Shown here: one piece after another, positions 1-11,984 of the stretch
How positions within the stretch are numbered: the stretch's first letter is position 1
Layout of the letters: each line of letters begins with the position of its first letter
Notes under the pieces: model-generated
Told to the model about the DNA's origin: nothing
Databases searched by the model: none
Seen by the model: the letters and a program-made list of their open reading frames with translations, nothing else
Position numbers and translations under genes: made by a program
NCBI GenBank assembly: GCA_051530055.1
Contig: CM121341.1
Location: forward strand, 12,068,784 to 12,132,783
Origin: Neoechinorhynchus agilis
Lineage: Eukaryota > Animalia > Acanthocephala
Reading direction: 5' to 3'
Length of the DNA: 64,000 nucleotides

Positions 1-648
1 CATAAAATAAATTTTTGTTTTTCTAATAATCGACGAAAATGTGGAAAGTAACTATTCTTTATTCCACGGATTTACAGCGGAAACGGATTTTTTAAATAAC
101 ATAAATTTGTTCGATGAATTTTTTTGTATGTTATGCTAATTGTTTGAGCGTTTTACTGGTTTTCCGTCTCACGTTGAAGACGTTTCGCAATACACAAAAT
201 GATATGCTCATTTAACTGAAATTAAGTTCGGCAAACGCATAAATTTGCAATTTCATTGTTAAAACGCATTGCTATTGGCTGAGAAGCAAAATATGCAATG
301 TCTATCGAGAAATCTTCAGCGCATCACAAAGTATTCAAAAGTTTAAGACATTATTAATCGACACCGAATAAAACAATTACGCATAATGCTTACCCACAAT
401 CGCATGTGAATTACTCAAGGTCTCAAAGTTATGATTAGAATTTGCTAGCGATTAAAAAATGCCCGCTTGCTGCCTGTATCTTTAATAAAGTTTTAGTTTG
501 CCAGCGTGATGTGTAGAGCAAACAGGGTGCGATAATCATTCAATTAATTTTCTTATTTTTAAGCCACCATTCTCACGAACACTAAAATTCTCGCATATCG
601 ACATCCGTATTTATTTACAACTAAAATCTCTACTCAATGGATTCTTAG

Positions 649-1149
649 TCATGAAGTCCGTTCCCCAGTCCACTTTCGAATGTATTGTAAGTCCGTATTG
701 AGCTGTTGTAACATTCTCAATAAGACGGGCGATTGTGACAAGCCAATTAAGTACCAAGTGTAATTTAACATGGCTTCACTTTTAATATTGTTATTGTTAT
801 TCGTCATTGATGACGGATTAAGCTCAATTTGTTTCACAGTTTTCGATCTTTTGCTTGCCGGTCGTTTATCGCTATCGGTATTGATTTTTCTTTTTCTATT
901 ACCGGTCGTCATCTCGTCTTTAGCCAGATTTTTTCGTGATCGTCCAGAATGTAGTTTACCGAAAACACTGAAGTCCACAATCTTCCCTAAATCGTCCTTA
1001 AACTTCATCGTAGCTGTTTTTTCCATTTTATCCGTTCCAGGAACGCTACGTAGTAATTCAGGATTACTGTGAATAAATGTTTGTAAATCAAAAGAGGATG
1101 TTGATATCTGCTTTAAGTTGACTTTGTTTGGATCAGTTATATCTTTCAT
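649..1149 (-). CDS. Unknown 166-aa ORF with a basic NLS-like stretch; has a degenerate tandem paralog at ~1290-1990
   Basis: Open ORF containing RKRK...KRPASKRSK. Segment 668-780 recurs, diverged, at 1507-1615, where the same frame (TWYLIGL.QSPVLLRML..LNTDLQ.IRKWT) carries stops. Confidence 0.35.
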   Translation of the reverse strand: MKDITDPNKVNLKQISTSSFDLQTFIHSNPELLRSVPGTDKMEKTATMKFKDDLGKIVDFSVFGKLHSGRSRKNLAKDEMTTGNRKRKINTDSDKRPASKRSKTVKQIELNPSSMTNNNNNIKSEAMLNYTWYLIGLSQSPVLLRMLQQLNTDLQYIRKWTGERTS

Positions 1150-3074
1150 GATAGTTTATAATATCTGAAGAGAGCTGGAATGTTTGAGTTGGATACAGTT
1201 ATTTGGACAACTGAGCTGCAGATCAATTGAGGATTTTGTTATAAAGTTAGAAAGGGATGAAAGCGTTAACAAAGTATTTCAGTCTTGATAAGAGAGGATG
1301 TAATAGCCGATATCTATAAATATTGATTAACAATCAAATCAATATTAGCAATCACGAATATTTTGATGCCTAATATTTGCAACATCGATTATTTATCATT
1401 GAGGCTCTTTTTTTGGACTGTTGATACTTTACTGGAACAAAATAGTACTTTAATGTTGTCTTTATTTTTCAGATCTTCGAGTTTAAGGTGCAGTTTTTTG
1501 GTCCACTTTCGGATGACTTGTAAGTCCGTATTGAGCTATTTCAGCATTCTCAATAAGACGGGCGATTGTATCAAGCCGATTAAATACCAAGTGCAATTAA
1601 ATATGGCTTCACCTTGACACTAGTGGCGGATTAAACTGGATTTGCTAATTTTGCGGTCTTCGATTTTTTCATGAGCGGTTGTTTTCCATGATTATTATTG
1701 ATTTTTCGTTTCCTATTGCCAGGGGTCACCTTGTCATTCTACTCTTCCTAATCAAGATTTTTTCTTTCTATGGTAGCTGCCCTTTTTTGATCAGTGGCTT
1801 CAATGCTTCTAATAACTTGGAATCATTATGAATGAATGGTTGTAAATTAAAGGCGGTGGAGAAGGGCAGCAGTAAAAGTATTCTTATTGAGAAGGAATTC
1901 CTTGTAATGGTGTTTGTGGATGCCGTTAAAAAAGGAGTCAATCAAAACATCAAAAGCTTAAAGGTAACGGGATAGGGATTATCCCTGGGTACCTGGACGT
2001 ATAAGGCTAGAACCAAATTCCGCGACTCCTCTAAGTCAACGCGGGATTTCTCTAACCGTTAAATCGCAATTTCATTCTTCAAATTCCAATAAAGGACGAA
2101 GACATTCTTCATAGACCTTTCCAAAGAAAGCGTTTGGCTTGCTCCAACGACTAATTTTCTTTTTAGGTTCATTTATTCCTTAATCTGAAAAAATATTTGA
2201 TATAATTGAGCTGTTACATTAAACCTCTTTTTTTCAAAACGTCGAAAGCGTCGATTTCTACTCGACCGTCATCGTCTACTTTCATAAAACTCGTCACTGA
2301 CAAAGATTCGAGAGCATATCGCTTCACTTTTCAAAGTAAAAATAAACTCTTTACTGAGAATCCGGAGGGATATACAAACCCATAACAGTATGATTTTATG
2401 CGCTTCCATGAACAATATCGGTGGGCTGTATGCCCAAGGAAAAATTATCAGCCGTGAAAAGGGCCTCACTTAGGCACAGAATAGATGTAACCGGCCAGCC
2501 AGACTAAAAAAGACAAAACAAAAAATCAAATCCGTGCGCCTGGATTATGATACCGATTCGAAAAATGCGTACGTATTGAACGTAATCCTTTTAATGGCAT
2601 TTCGATTAATGTCTTTGTTCGACACCAAATTAATTCGATAAATTTTCAATCGTACTGTTCATGGTGTTTATTCTGCCTTCTGCAAATTAAATTTAGGCAT
2701 AAATCCGTTGCATCAATCAAAAATATTCCCGGATTTTTCGAAGTTTTCAAAACCAAAGGGCAAATGCTCCGGACTACCGATCTGATTCTAAACAAAATCC
2801 TTCCACGTCCATTTTCCGCTCCAGGTCATTCTATCGCTCCATGGATTATTTAGTAAAATGAGGTTGAGGCAACCAAAAATCTACAGGGCTCAATGCGTTT
2901 CCCATTGCCATCATTGTCCTTTGTCCCTTCACTGTAATCGTCCACGACAACTTCGATTCTCGTGCCATATTCGTTGAAGCGAAAACGAAAAACGTCGAAT
3001 TATTGTTTATCTGCGAAGCCTTAACAACGTGACGTCGTGAACTCAAGGGCTGTTCTGTGGTCCATCAAAACAGA

Positions 3075-3140
3075 GATCGAAATACCGCTGAAGAGAGGAA
3101 ACCTACTGATGAGCCCCGCCTCCTTACAAACTCATAATCG
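3075..3140 (+). mobile_element. Truncated copy of the tRNA-SINE/hammerhead family
   Basis: GAAATACCGCTGAAGAGAGGAAACCTACTGATGAGCCCCGCCTCC matches the copies at 14.2 and 49.0 kb; the cleavage-site strand is deleted. Confidence 0.7.
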
Positions 3141-4260
3141 TATGGTTCAGGGTTTAAGTTTTTCAATCACCTCAACAAGAATTGCACCCATGTATCTTTG
3201 GGTGTTGTTCAAAGAACGCGGTAGTAAATTTTGGAGTGAATTGCAGGTTCGTTCGGGTGGGAATATCCTGTCGGGGGATGTCCATTCTGTTGGGGATTCG
3301 CGGATATTGTTTGCAGAAGAGCTTGTGAGGTTGGGTCTTTCCTCTGGTTCATTTCTGGTCATGATATCCGAGAAGATTGAGCAGTGTTGAAAAAGGATCT
3401 GAAGTGGAGGGGGTGCGAGGTATAGCAGGATGAAATGAATTGGGATTACGAGTGTTGTGCTCATGTTAAAAGGAGAATAAAATGTGGTAAAAATTGTAGT
3501 AATAGAGAAGATAGGCGTTTTGATTGTTTGAAGAAATTTTATTAAGGCATTCAGTGAGCGGGGGAAAATCAACAGTGCAAATTTTAGATGCTCTTCTATG
3601 AAACATTTCAAGGCGACGGATTTTTTATTTAGACAGATTGCAAAAGACGGGATAACCGTAGGTGAGGGAGGCTAAAATAAAGTTGTAGTAAAATTTGGAG
3701 AGGTCGGACGAGGGGTTCCTAAATTGTGGAGACGTTTGAGGAGGTAAATTTTAAAGGGTCTTGCGCTCGAGGTAGAGTGAAATGTGCGAGTCCCATTTCA
3801 GATTTGATTGAAATTGGAGACCCGGAATTCTGAGGGATATAACTCGTAGGATGTTATTTGGAAACCCTGTCTTCAACGGCCCGCCAACATGTTGAATTGT
3901 CACTTGAACGAATTTTGGAGGAAAAGAAGTTTTTGCTGGCGACAAGTATTTTGTTAGAGCTATTTGTAAATGAGGAAAGTCTAGGTGGTTATTGCAGTGG
4001 GTCTTAGAAGCTTGCTTTTGAAGAAGTTTTAAGATGGTGGTTATCCATGGCGGAAATGTGATGATCACGTTTATCCCAGACGGGTAAACGGGGAGATTTT
4101 ACACGCTGTGGCGGGATGGAGGGAGTGATAAGGGCCAAGGAGTGGTCACAGATCGCGGGACAGGGAGTTTAGAGGCGGATGAGTAGGTGTCGATATTTGT
4201 GAACACTTTGTCAAGACGTGTTGGGAAGTCGAGGAAATAGTTCATCGAAGTCCCCTGCGT
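3140..4260 (-). mobile_element. Degenerate non-LTR retrotransposon (LINE) 3' region
   Basis: RT thumb-like translation (IPGLQFQSNLKWDSHI). The 3' segment recurs at 16950-17640 (-), 35345-35660 (+) and 52160-52290 (+). Confidence 0.75.
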
Positions 4261-4329
4261 GACGTGTGTTCATGTGAGTATATATACACGTTTTATTTAA
4301 AAGAAGAAGCACAAGTCACCGAATCTTAA

Positions 4330-5130
4330 GTTGTTTTTGTCCGCTCCTTCATCCGAATCAATTCGCATTTGGAGGATTGAGCAGTGGAAAATGTTGGGGC
4401 GACGCAAGTGTTGTAAGTGTGTGTAAAAGGAGAAATGTGTGGTAGAAATTGAAGAGGAGGAAGAGCATCGAGGCGCTTTGAGTGCTTTTGAAAGATTAGA
4501 GAGAGGTGTTTTTAAAGGTACGAGTTTGGAGGAGCAGATTAGAGCGCACCTCTCTTGTGAAATGTATTAAGTTTTTGAATTGATTAGAAGAAAAATTGCA
4601 GAAGGTAGGATTTGCGTAGGTGAGCGTCGGTGGGATGGCGGACATATAGTACTTAAGGTCTTTGGAAGATAATCGAAGGAATCTTAGCCGTTTAAGAAGA
4701 TAGAGCTTAATGGGCCCTTTTTGTGGCGAAATTGATATGTGCTTGTCCCATTTTAGATTTTCTTGAAAATGAAGACCAAGTATACGAACAGAAGAGACAC
4801 GATTGATAGGAAAAGGACGCGGTTGACCGGAAGGGCTATTTGAGATTGAAGGGACGATTTCGAAGCACTTAGTTAAGTTAAGGGTAAGACATTTAGCGGA
4901 GCAAAATGTTTGAACGTGAGAAATCTCGTTATAAGTAATTGAGAGTGAGAGGGAGTAAAGATTTGCAAAATGAAAAAGTATTGTCCGCGAAGAGCTTCCC
5001 TGCTTTCTACAATCCTCGATAAGCTCCTCATAAACCTGATTTCTCAGGCGCAAAAATCTATCTAAAGCAATTGATTCGTTAAGACCATTTGCTATAAAAG
5101 AAAACTTTAATGCGACGCTGGCCAACAAAA
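4330..5130 (-). mobile_element. LINE RT C-terminal/thumb fragment
   Basis: CLTLNLTKC...VRILGLHFQENLKWDKHI...LYLLKRLR...LTYANPTF. The 3' end resembles 60200-60420. Confidence 0.85.
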
Positions 5131-5524
5131 ATTCTATGAATCAAAACGCCATCGCTTACCAGAATTTTCCAAAGGATAAGTTAGTTTGCTAATAACAATT
5201 TTGCTATTGATTTTCATTTGCTTCTCCATGAAGACCGCAAAGATATTACGAATGCGATTGAGATGATAAATTTTCACCCTGTAAATAATTTTGTTTTCCT
5301 AACCGACATTTGAAGGTCAGAGTCCAATGAAAATTGGCAAACTATACTTAACGGTAGCGAAAGCAAAATAAAGTCACATGAATTCAACGCATTACTCTTA
5401 GTTTGATTGCGGATAGAATAATGAAGTATTTATATGATTATTTCATAGAACTCTAAAGCCGCTACATTTTTCATATCTTATACACACACAAAAGTCGACT
5501 CAACGCAATTAACGAACAGTTTTC

Positions 5525-8500
5525 TCATTCCTTGTTAAGGTGAGCGATCATATTGAGAGAAGTTGCTCTACCAAACTGTTGTTGTTGAGTTTGCTGTTGA
5601 AGACTATAAATAGCCTGTAAGATTTCCTTTGGAACATTGCTTCTCTCTTGATCAGTCAAATTAATATCATTTAAATAAGCCCACAGCCCAACAGCTAAAT
5701 TCTTTTCTTTTTGGAGAATACGAGCCAATTCGGTTGTAGGAATGCGAAACAATAACGGAATGGAGTGAGGCTGACAGATTTGACAACATTTAATAAATCC
5801 TTCCCAGAGTTTCGGATACTCCCATAACCTCTTTTCGACGATAAATGAATCGAGAAGAGTCATTATATCTTTAATTAAATGCTGGTTAGTATTGATGGTC
5901 TGGATGATAGTACGAAGAAGTAGGAATGGAGCGTTAGGCAGTTCCATTAATCGTTTAATAGTCTCAAGAAGTACAGAATCTTTAAAAATAGAACTACGAT
6001 TGAAGCATAGTTTGGTAGCTGCAAGGATGTTTTTTATTCGATTAGGAGAACTATCAGCAAACGGCGCGATTGTGTGAAGTTTAAAGAACAACTCTGACGG
6101 ACTATAATTAGGATTTCTCCAAAGTCTTTCAAAAGCTTGTCTGATCTCACTTTCACTGCTCATGGTGTCAACAATTCGTTCAACGAATACATCTGCCTTT
6201 TCATGATCCACCGAAGTGAGGATCGGTAACAAAAGCCTGTGATCATTGGGGTCGGATTCGTATAAAAGTTGAACTTTTTCACGAACGCTATCAGGAAGTT
6301 CCGTCTCTTCAGATAAAATCATCAAGGTCTTAATTAGGAAATTGCGTGCCTCTAATGGGCACACCTGAACGAGTTCAACGAGCTCTGGTTTATTAGAATC
6401 GATGCATTGTATAGGTTCGTCTATCATTGAGAAAAGGCAATCGGATATTTTTGGGCATTTTAACGAACCGAATATCATCGCTAGTTCGAGAAGTAGCGAA
6501 GGCTTTTGAATGAGCCAATTGAGAAACAGAGAAGCGGATATCTCTACTATAGTACGAATTTGTTCGTCGGTTTCGTTAGAGTTCACATGCAGACGATGAA
6601 GGTAGTGGAGTTTGCGAACGGCGACCTCTTCGATTTTTTCGAGGATTTGCTCAATATCGATTAGTTGGCGTTCATCGTGAAGCGAAACAAGTTGATGAAT
6701 GGCGCAGTTACGAACCTCTCGAACCTGGGAACCTGTTAAGTCGATTATTTGATCCAGGCATCGGTATCGAATAGGTCTCCGAGTAATCATTAATTCGCGC
6801 AGAGTTGTAAGAACACTTGAACATTTCGCTATGTCTTCACAGGAATACCTCGCTAATGATGTCATAACACTCTCGGTGATATATGGCGCAGAAAGGATTG
6901 TTCGGGCGAACACACGATCCTTTTGATCGCATCTTTCTTGAAGATTATCCAGAATTCGACTTAGAGCATCCTCGTATTTGGTCTCATCCCGGCGACTCGG
7001 TCGATTTGTTGTCTCTGGTTCCGTTTGTTCGTTCAAGAAATTGTTTAAACGTGCATATTCATGAAAAATCCAGTTCATCATTAAATCAGTTCGTGATGCC
7101 ACATCATTGAACAAATATTCTTCGTAGATATCTCTATAAGATTGACCAAACATCACAATCAATGAAGTCATTATTCGTCGCCGGACGGCAACACCTCCGA
7201 AAATTCTAGCAGTATCTTCAGTGTTCAAAACCCTTCGAAATGCATCCATGGCCATTCGGTTCATCTCGTCATAGGGCATCGTACGTGTAACATCAGCCAG
7301 ACGAAACTCCTTAGAAGAAAGTTTCTTTAGATTAGTACCAGGTTCATTAAGGTCACCTATTCCCGACGAAGATCCGATCACTTCAACCGAGTCATAATCC
7401 AATCCGTACAAGTGTTGTAAGCCCTCAGGTCTAGGTAATTGTTCATAACTCGTCTGAATCGCTTGATCCTCTTGATGAAATAAAGCAAATCCACGTCCGA
7501 GACCTAGTGAGTTTAAACGAGCACCGATGAGACGCGCGAGTCGATGAATTTGATCAGGAACACTCATCATTTCCGATGGAATGTATGAACTTAAAAACAC
7601 GGGGGGAACGTGGTCATCCGACAATTTTACGATATTTCCCATTATAAGTTCTACTACGTTTGGCAGAGTCAGAGATGGAAGTATGTCTGCGGCTGTAATG
7701 TCTATGCTGTTCACTTGTTCCATAACCATTTGGGGATTATTAGTCCGAAATGTAGAACTATCTTCGTCCATAGAATCGCTGTGTTTGGTTCCAGAACGCG
7801 TTCGAACTGACAATATTTTCGCTATTTCGTTCTTATCCAGCCCTAACGCTGATAGAACTATGATCAGATGCTGGTGATGTGGTGCACTTTCAAGTGTTCT
7901 AAAAAGCTCTTCGATCTTCATGAGCATCATTTTTTTAAGCATTTTGATTTGAGTCAACGAGTAGTGGACCGGAATTGTGTACCATATTGTTTCGAGTGTT
8001 TGAACGGCAAGTAAGAGCTTGTAGACGACGATAGATCATAATAAAATAGAAGAAATAAGCGATTTCTTGCGGGATTGTAAGAAGAAATTAAAGTAGACAA
8101 AAATTACGTAGGTTTTTGTGTGGTATTTTAATTTGAGACGGGTTAAAACTTTAAAGAGTAATTGTAAATTTAACCGAATTTTTTAAACTGTTAAGCAATA
8201 AATCCACATAGACTTAACGAGCTTAGAGTAAAAACGCTCTAAAAATCAATTGGAATTAATAGCTGATTGCACAAATGTTCCGCCCTCGCCGATTATGATC
8301 ATGGTTAGTCCTAGTGTCCGGATGATTTAAAGTAATATTGCAAATAGTCTCGACGCACACAATCAGATTGAGTGGGGTTATTGAATCCAATTGAGAAAAT
8401 GCAATTAATCGATTAAAGATAGCTTTTCCTTCCAATGCCAAATCCTTTTTACAGAGGAGCCCATGCTCACTGCTAATATGATCCAGACAGAACAAATTCA

Positions 8501-9077
8501 GTGGAATTGGTCCAATTCCAAGATACATGGATCCATCATTTAAGTCATTTTTAGACGATTGCGATTGAACCACGCAAATCATTTCCATAAACTTAATTAC
8601 ACAGATGCGGACACCGGGGTCGGAACTATTAATCAGAGATAATATGTATTCTTTTATCCCTTGCAGTTTATTCCATGCATTCTTCACCAGATCAGGAATA
8701 TGCCTCATCTTGGCAATCCACTTCAGACCCAATCGATAAATGTATCGACCAACACATATAGATTTCTTCACAACACTTATGTCGGGGTCATATAGTAAAG
8801 GCTGAAAGTTCTCGACGACCCTGATCAGAACTTCTGTATCGCATTTACAGGCTTCCTCGATAAATGCAACAACGGCTCTCCGCATCGCACTATTGCGGTC
8901 GTTTTGATATATCAGAATTTCATCGAGGAAATTATCCAACAGTGAAGGACTCATCCTCATTATAAGATTCTGAGCTTCTGTTAATTTTTGAATCCGTATA
9001 GAAATATCTATGTGAATCCCGACTTCCTTAACCAGTTGAGCAATTCGTTCATGATTCTCTGCAGTTTGGAAGATCAT
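5525..9077 (-). CDS. SYMPK: Symplekin; exons 9077-8313 and 8020-5525, joined by an inferred non-canonical intron
   Basis: N-terminal LLDNFLDEI...RRAVVAFIEEACKCD...VVKK and C-terminal LWEYPKLWEGFIKCCQICQPHS match symplekin. AVQTLETIWYTIPVHYSLTQI, just upstream of the 810-aa ORF, continues the homology. Confidence 0.93.
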
Positions 9078-9278
9078 CTAAAATTGAGAATAAAAAGAAT
9101 AATCTCTTTTAGGAGTAGTAGGTGGCTTATTGTCATCAAAACTAACTAAAATGTACACTCATTAAGTTGAAATTAAGACCAGAAGCGCATTAAACCTATG
9201 TCTTAAGGGAAGATAAACGTTTTCGGCGATAATCAATGCATTGCGTTTAAATAATCGCATGAAAAGATCAATGCTCAT
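9078..9278 (-). CDS. Small two-exon ORF abutting the symplekin ATG (upstream micro-cistron or a symplekin N-terminal extension)
   Basis: ATG at 9278 and a 54-nt GT-AG intron at 9195-9142. The spliced ORF MSIDLF...KPPTTPKRDYSFYSQF ends in TAG at 9080-9078, directly followed by ATG at 9077. Confidence 0.35.
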
Positions 9279-9675
9279 TTCGTATCGGACCAAATCTACC
9301 AACAAAAGAAGAAATTCAATTTAATAGAAAACGTAATGGGCGCAATAAAAAACCAAGATTTCTAAAGTAAATTGAACCATTTTTCTGCTCTTAATATTCT
9401 TAATGATTCCATCTTCCTCTATGATGTTAATGGCATCATTTTTTTGATTGTTTACCAAAAATAACAAAATCTGCGAAAACGTTTTTTTCCGGACAATATT
9501 TTGTATAAGGATCTCTATTTTTGAGAGCATTAATTATACAATTGAAAAATAGACTTCATAGCTTGTTATTCGATCTTGATTTTTATTAAAAAAAATCACA
9601 CAAACCTTTTAATAGTGCCTTAATGTCGAACTTTAAAAAGAAGATCGAATGGACAGTACGTTTAGAGGCGTGAAA

Positions 9676-9800
9676 GTTTACTTGTTAATTTTCGGCCTTC
9701 GCGTAGGCCTTCTTCAGTCTGTTGTTTTCGAACTTATATTTTTCTCCGAAAACAATAGACTGAAGAAGGCCTACGCGAAGGCCGAAAATTATCAAATAAA
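9676..9800. ncRNA. Palindromic element with a minimal hammerhead ribozyme on each strand
   Basis: CTGAAGA-A-GGCC-TACGCGAA-GGCC-GAAA-AT-TA-TC on + with an inverted copy on -; followed by AATAAA. Confidence 0.7.
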
Positions 9801-10399
9801 TCAATTATTATAATTCGCTATAAAAAAGTAAATGATGAACATCTTTACAAAAAGATTACTAATCAGCAAGAGATAAATTCTACACTTTGATCATTCATAA
9901 AAAATTGACATTAATTTATTCGCATCTTTAAGGTACTCAACTTTAAGTTATTGCTTCTCATAAATTATTTCGATAATAAATCGATTTGGATAAATGTTCC
10001 CACACTTTCCCTGTGGTTTGCCGATCCGATTTAAAAGTAATCCACAGTCGGATTAAACTACGCTGAATGCATGACCGAAATGTCAAAAATTTACAGCTTT
10101 GCAAAAGCGCGAATTTCCAAGAAAAGATACTCATATCCACGTTAAAATCTAATAAAAAATCCCGAAATCCAGATCTTTATTAAAATTTCGTTAAATATCC
10201 ACACAATACTTCATACTTTCTTCCGTATTTATGACGTTCTCTGATAATCGTTATCCATATGAAAGTCGACCTCAATACTAGAATAAATTTGTCGAATACA
10301 TAGTAAAAACTTGCAAACAATCGCTAAAGAACATCCGAGGCGGTAGATCGAAATATTAAATCAATAAATTCTTAATTTCATTTATCTCTCCTATCGACA

Positions 10400-11900
10400 A
10401 ATAACAATGAATTATCTTTTCAACACTGGAATAAATCTTGTTGTTGTTAACAATTAACCCCACGATTCATCTCAGTTATTGTAAGCCTTCTCACCCGCCC
10501 ACCCATCATCCTTCACCTTTAACGAACACCCTCGAACATCTCCCCCATTCCAAAAACTCGAAGAATAAGCGACTTCCCAGTTTCTTTGATTACGTGCAAT
10601 TCCACCGGCGCTCGAATAACCACAAAGGTCAATCTTCCAGCCCTTCCGCATTAAAACTCTCTTTCTCCCAAATCAAGTTAATAATCATCGCTCTACCCCT
10701 ACTCAAAATCACCACAAATCAACCCGTCCAATCGTAGCTGATTCATACAAAGTCTCAAACCTAAACTCATTTCACTCAAATTTTCTAGTCGCCCCCGGAC
10801 TTCTCTCTTTGCGATTATCAATCGTTCTTTATCGGCATCCCGTAACGATTCCTCCCTTAACCCACCACCCGCAACGAACAACGCAACCCCAATCTCCCTC
10901 ACATCCGCACCCGATTTCCCGAAATCCAAAATTCCCTTCCCCACCATTTTCTGCTCTAATATTCGTCGCCTCCATCCTAAACTAGATGAAATCTCACTCA
11001 TTTCATCTACCTCAAAAGCCGACGTAGTCATCTTAACATAAACGTGGCTTATCTCCTCAGTCAACAGCAATCCAGCAATCCTTCCCGGGTACTCCTTCTT
11101 TCATACATAATGCGATGGCCGTCCAGGAGGGGGATCTCAATTTACGTACGGCAATCGCTACTTTAACCCTTTATCTCTCAGACTGTCTTCAAAACCCCCA
11201 TTTAGAATTCATCACAGTCCATTTCATAGCTCCTCTGAGAAACGGCTTTAGAGAACTCACCATTGCTGTCGTCTGTCGCCCTCCGGCCCCCCGACCTGAG
11301 TCCTCCTTGCTCCAAATTGACCCTATGATGGAGCTCATAAACTCCACAAATTCGCACCATTTCTTAATTGCAGGGGATTTCAATAATCTATATCCTCTTC
11401 TACCCTTCTCCGAGTTGCGTCAACTTATTGACTTCCCAACTCTTCTTGACGCTCACCTCGACAAAGTGTTCACAAATATCGACGCCTACTCATCCGCCCC
11501 TAAACTCCTTCCCCCCCGCGAACTCTGGCCACTCTTCGGTCCTTATCACTCCCTAAACCCCACCTCAGCGTATGAAATCTCTCTGTTTACCCGTCTGGGA
11601 TAAACGTTATCATCACATCCAAAATTTTATAAAATTGTTTAACTCTAACATCCGTACATACCACTCTGACAACACAAATGACCCTCCCTTGGCCATGCCC
11701 TCCCTAACCTCAATCATAGAAAATTCCCTAGCTTCTTCAATTCCCAAGAAATTTATTAGGATCTCCAACCACGACCCTTTCTACAAAGGCAAGCTTCTGA
11801 GGCCCATCGTAATAAATGCCCGGACTCTCCCCGTTTACAAAAAGCACTTAAGAATAAAAAACTTATCGCCCGCAAAAACTTCCTTTCCTCAAAATCCACG
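10400..11900 (+). mobile_element. Internally deleted LINE (CT-rich 5' region, APE endonuclease remnants); close copy at 58520-60420
   Basis: APE motifs in translation: ADVVILT*TWL, VCRPP, LIAGDFN, LDKVFTN. Long near-identity with the 58.5-59.9 kb region. Confidence 0.85.
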
Positions 11901-11905
11901 ATTTT

Positions 11906-11975
11906 GTGTTTGGACGAAAATTTCAATTATTTACGGACCACAAGCCTCTGGAATACATTTTTGGACGGCAGCGAA
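11906..11975 (+). mobile_element. Ty3/Gypsy RNase H micro-fragment
   Basis: FGRKFQLFTDHKPLEYIFG is the hallmark Gypsy RNase H motif. Confidence 0.75.
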
Positions 11976-11984
11976 GTTTAGGAA

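Noticed and set aside
770-1072. Hydrophobic 100-aa + strand ORF
   Set aside because: It is the antisense shadow of the Lys-rich minus-strand ORF.
2860-2990. Calpain-like FRFNEYGTRIEVVVDDY on the minus strand
   Set aside because: The similarity stops after one motif and the frames are full of stops; part of the neighbouring sequence is a dispersed repeat.
5130-5345. Possible short exons downstream of symplekin (GT-AG sites, one 40-codon open frame)
   Set aside because: There is no start codon or recognisable homology, so a gene model cannot be supported.
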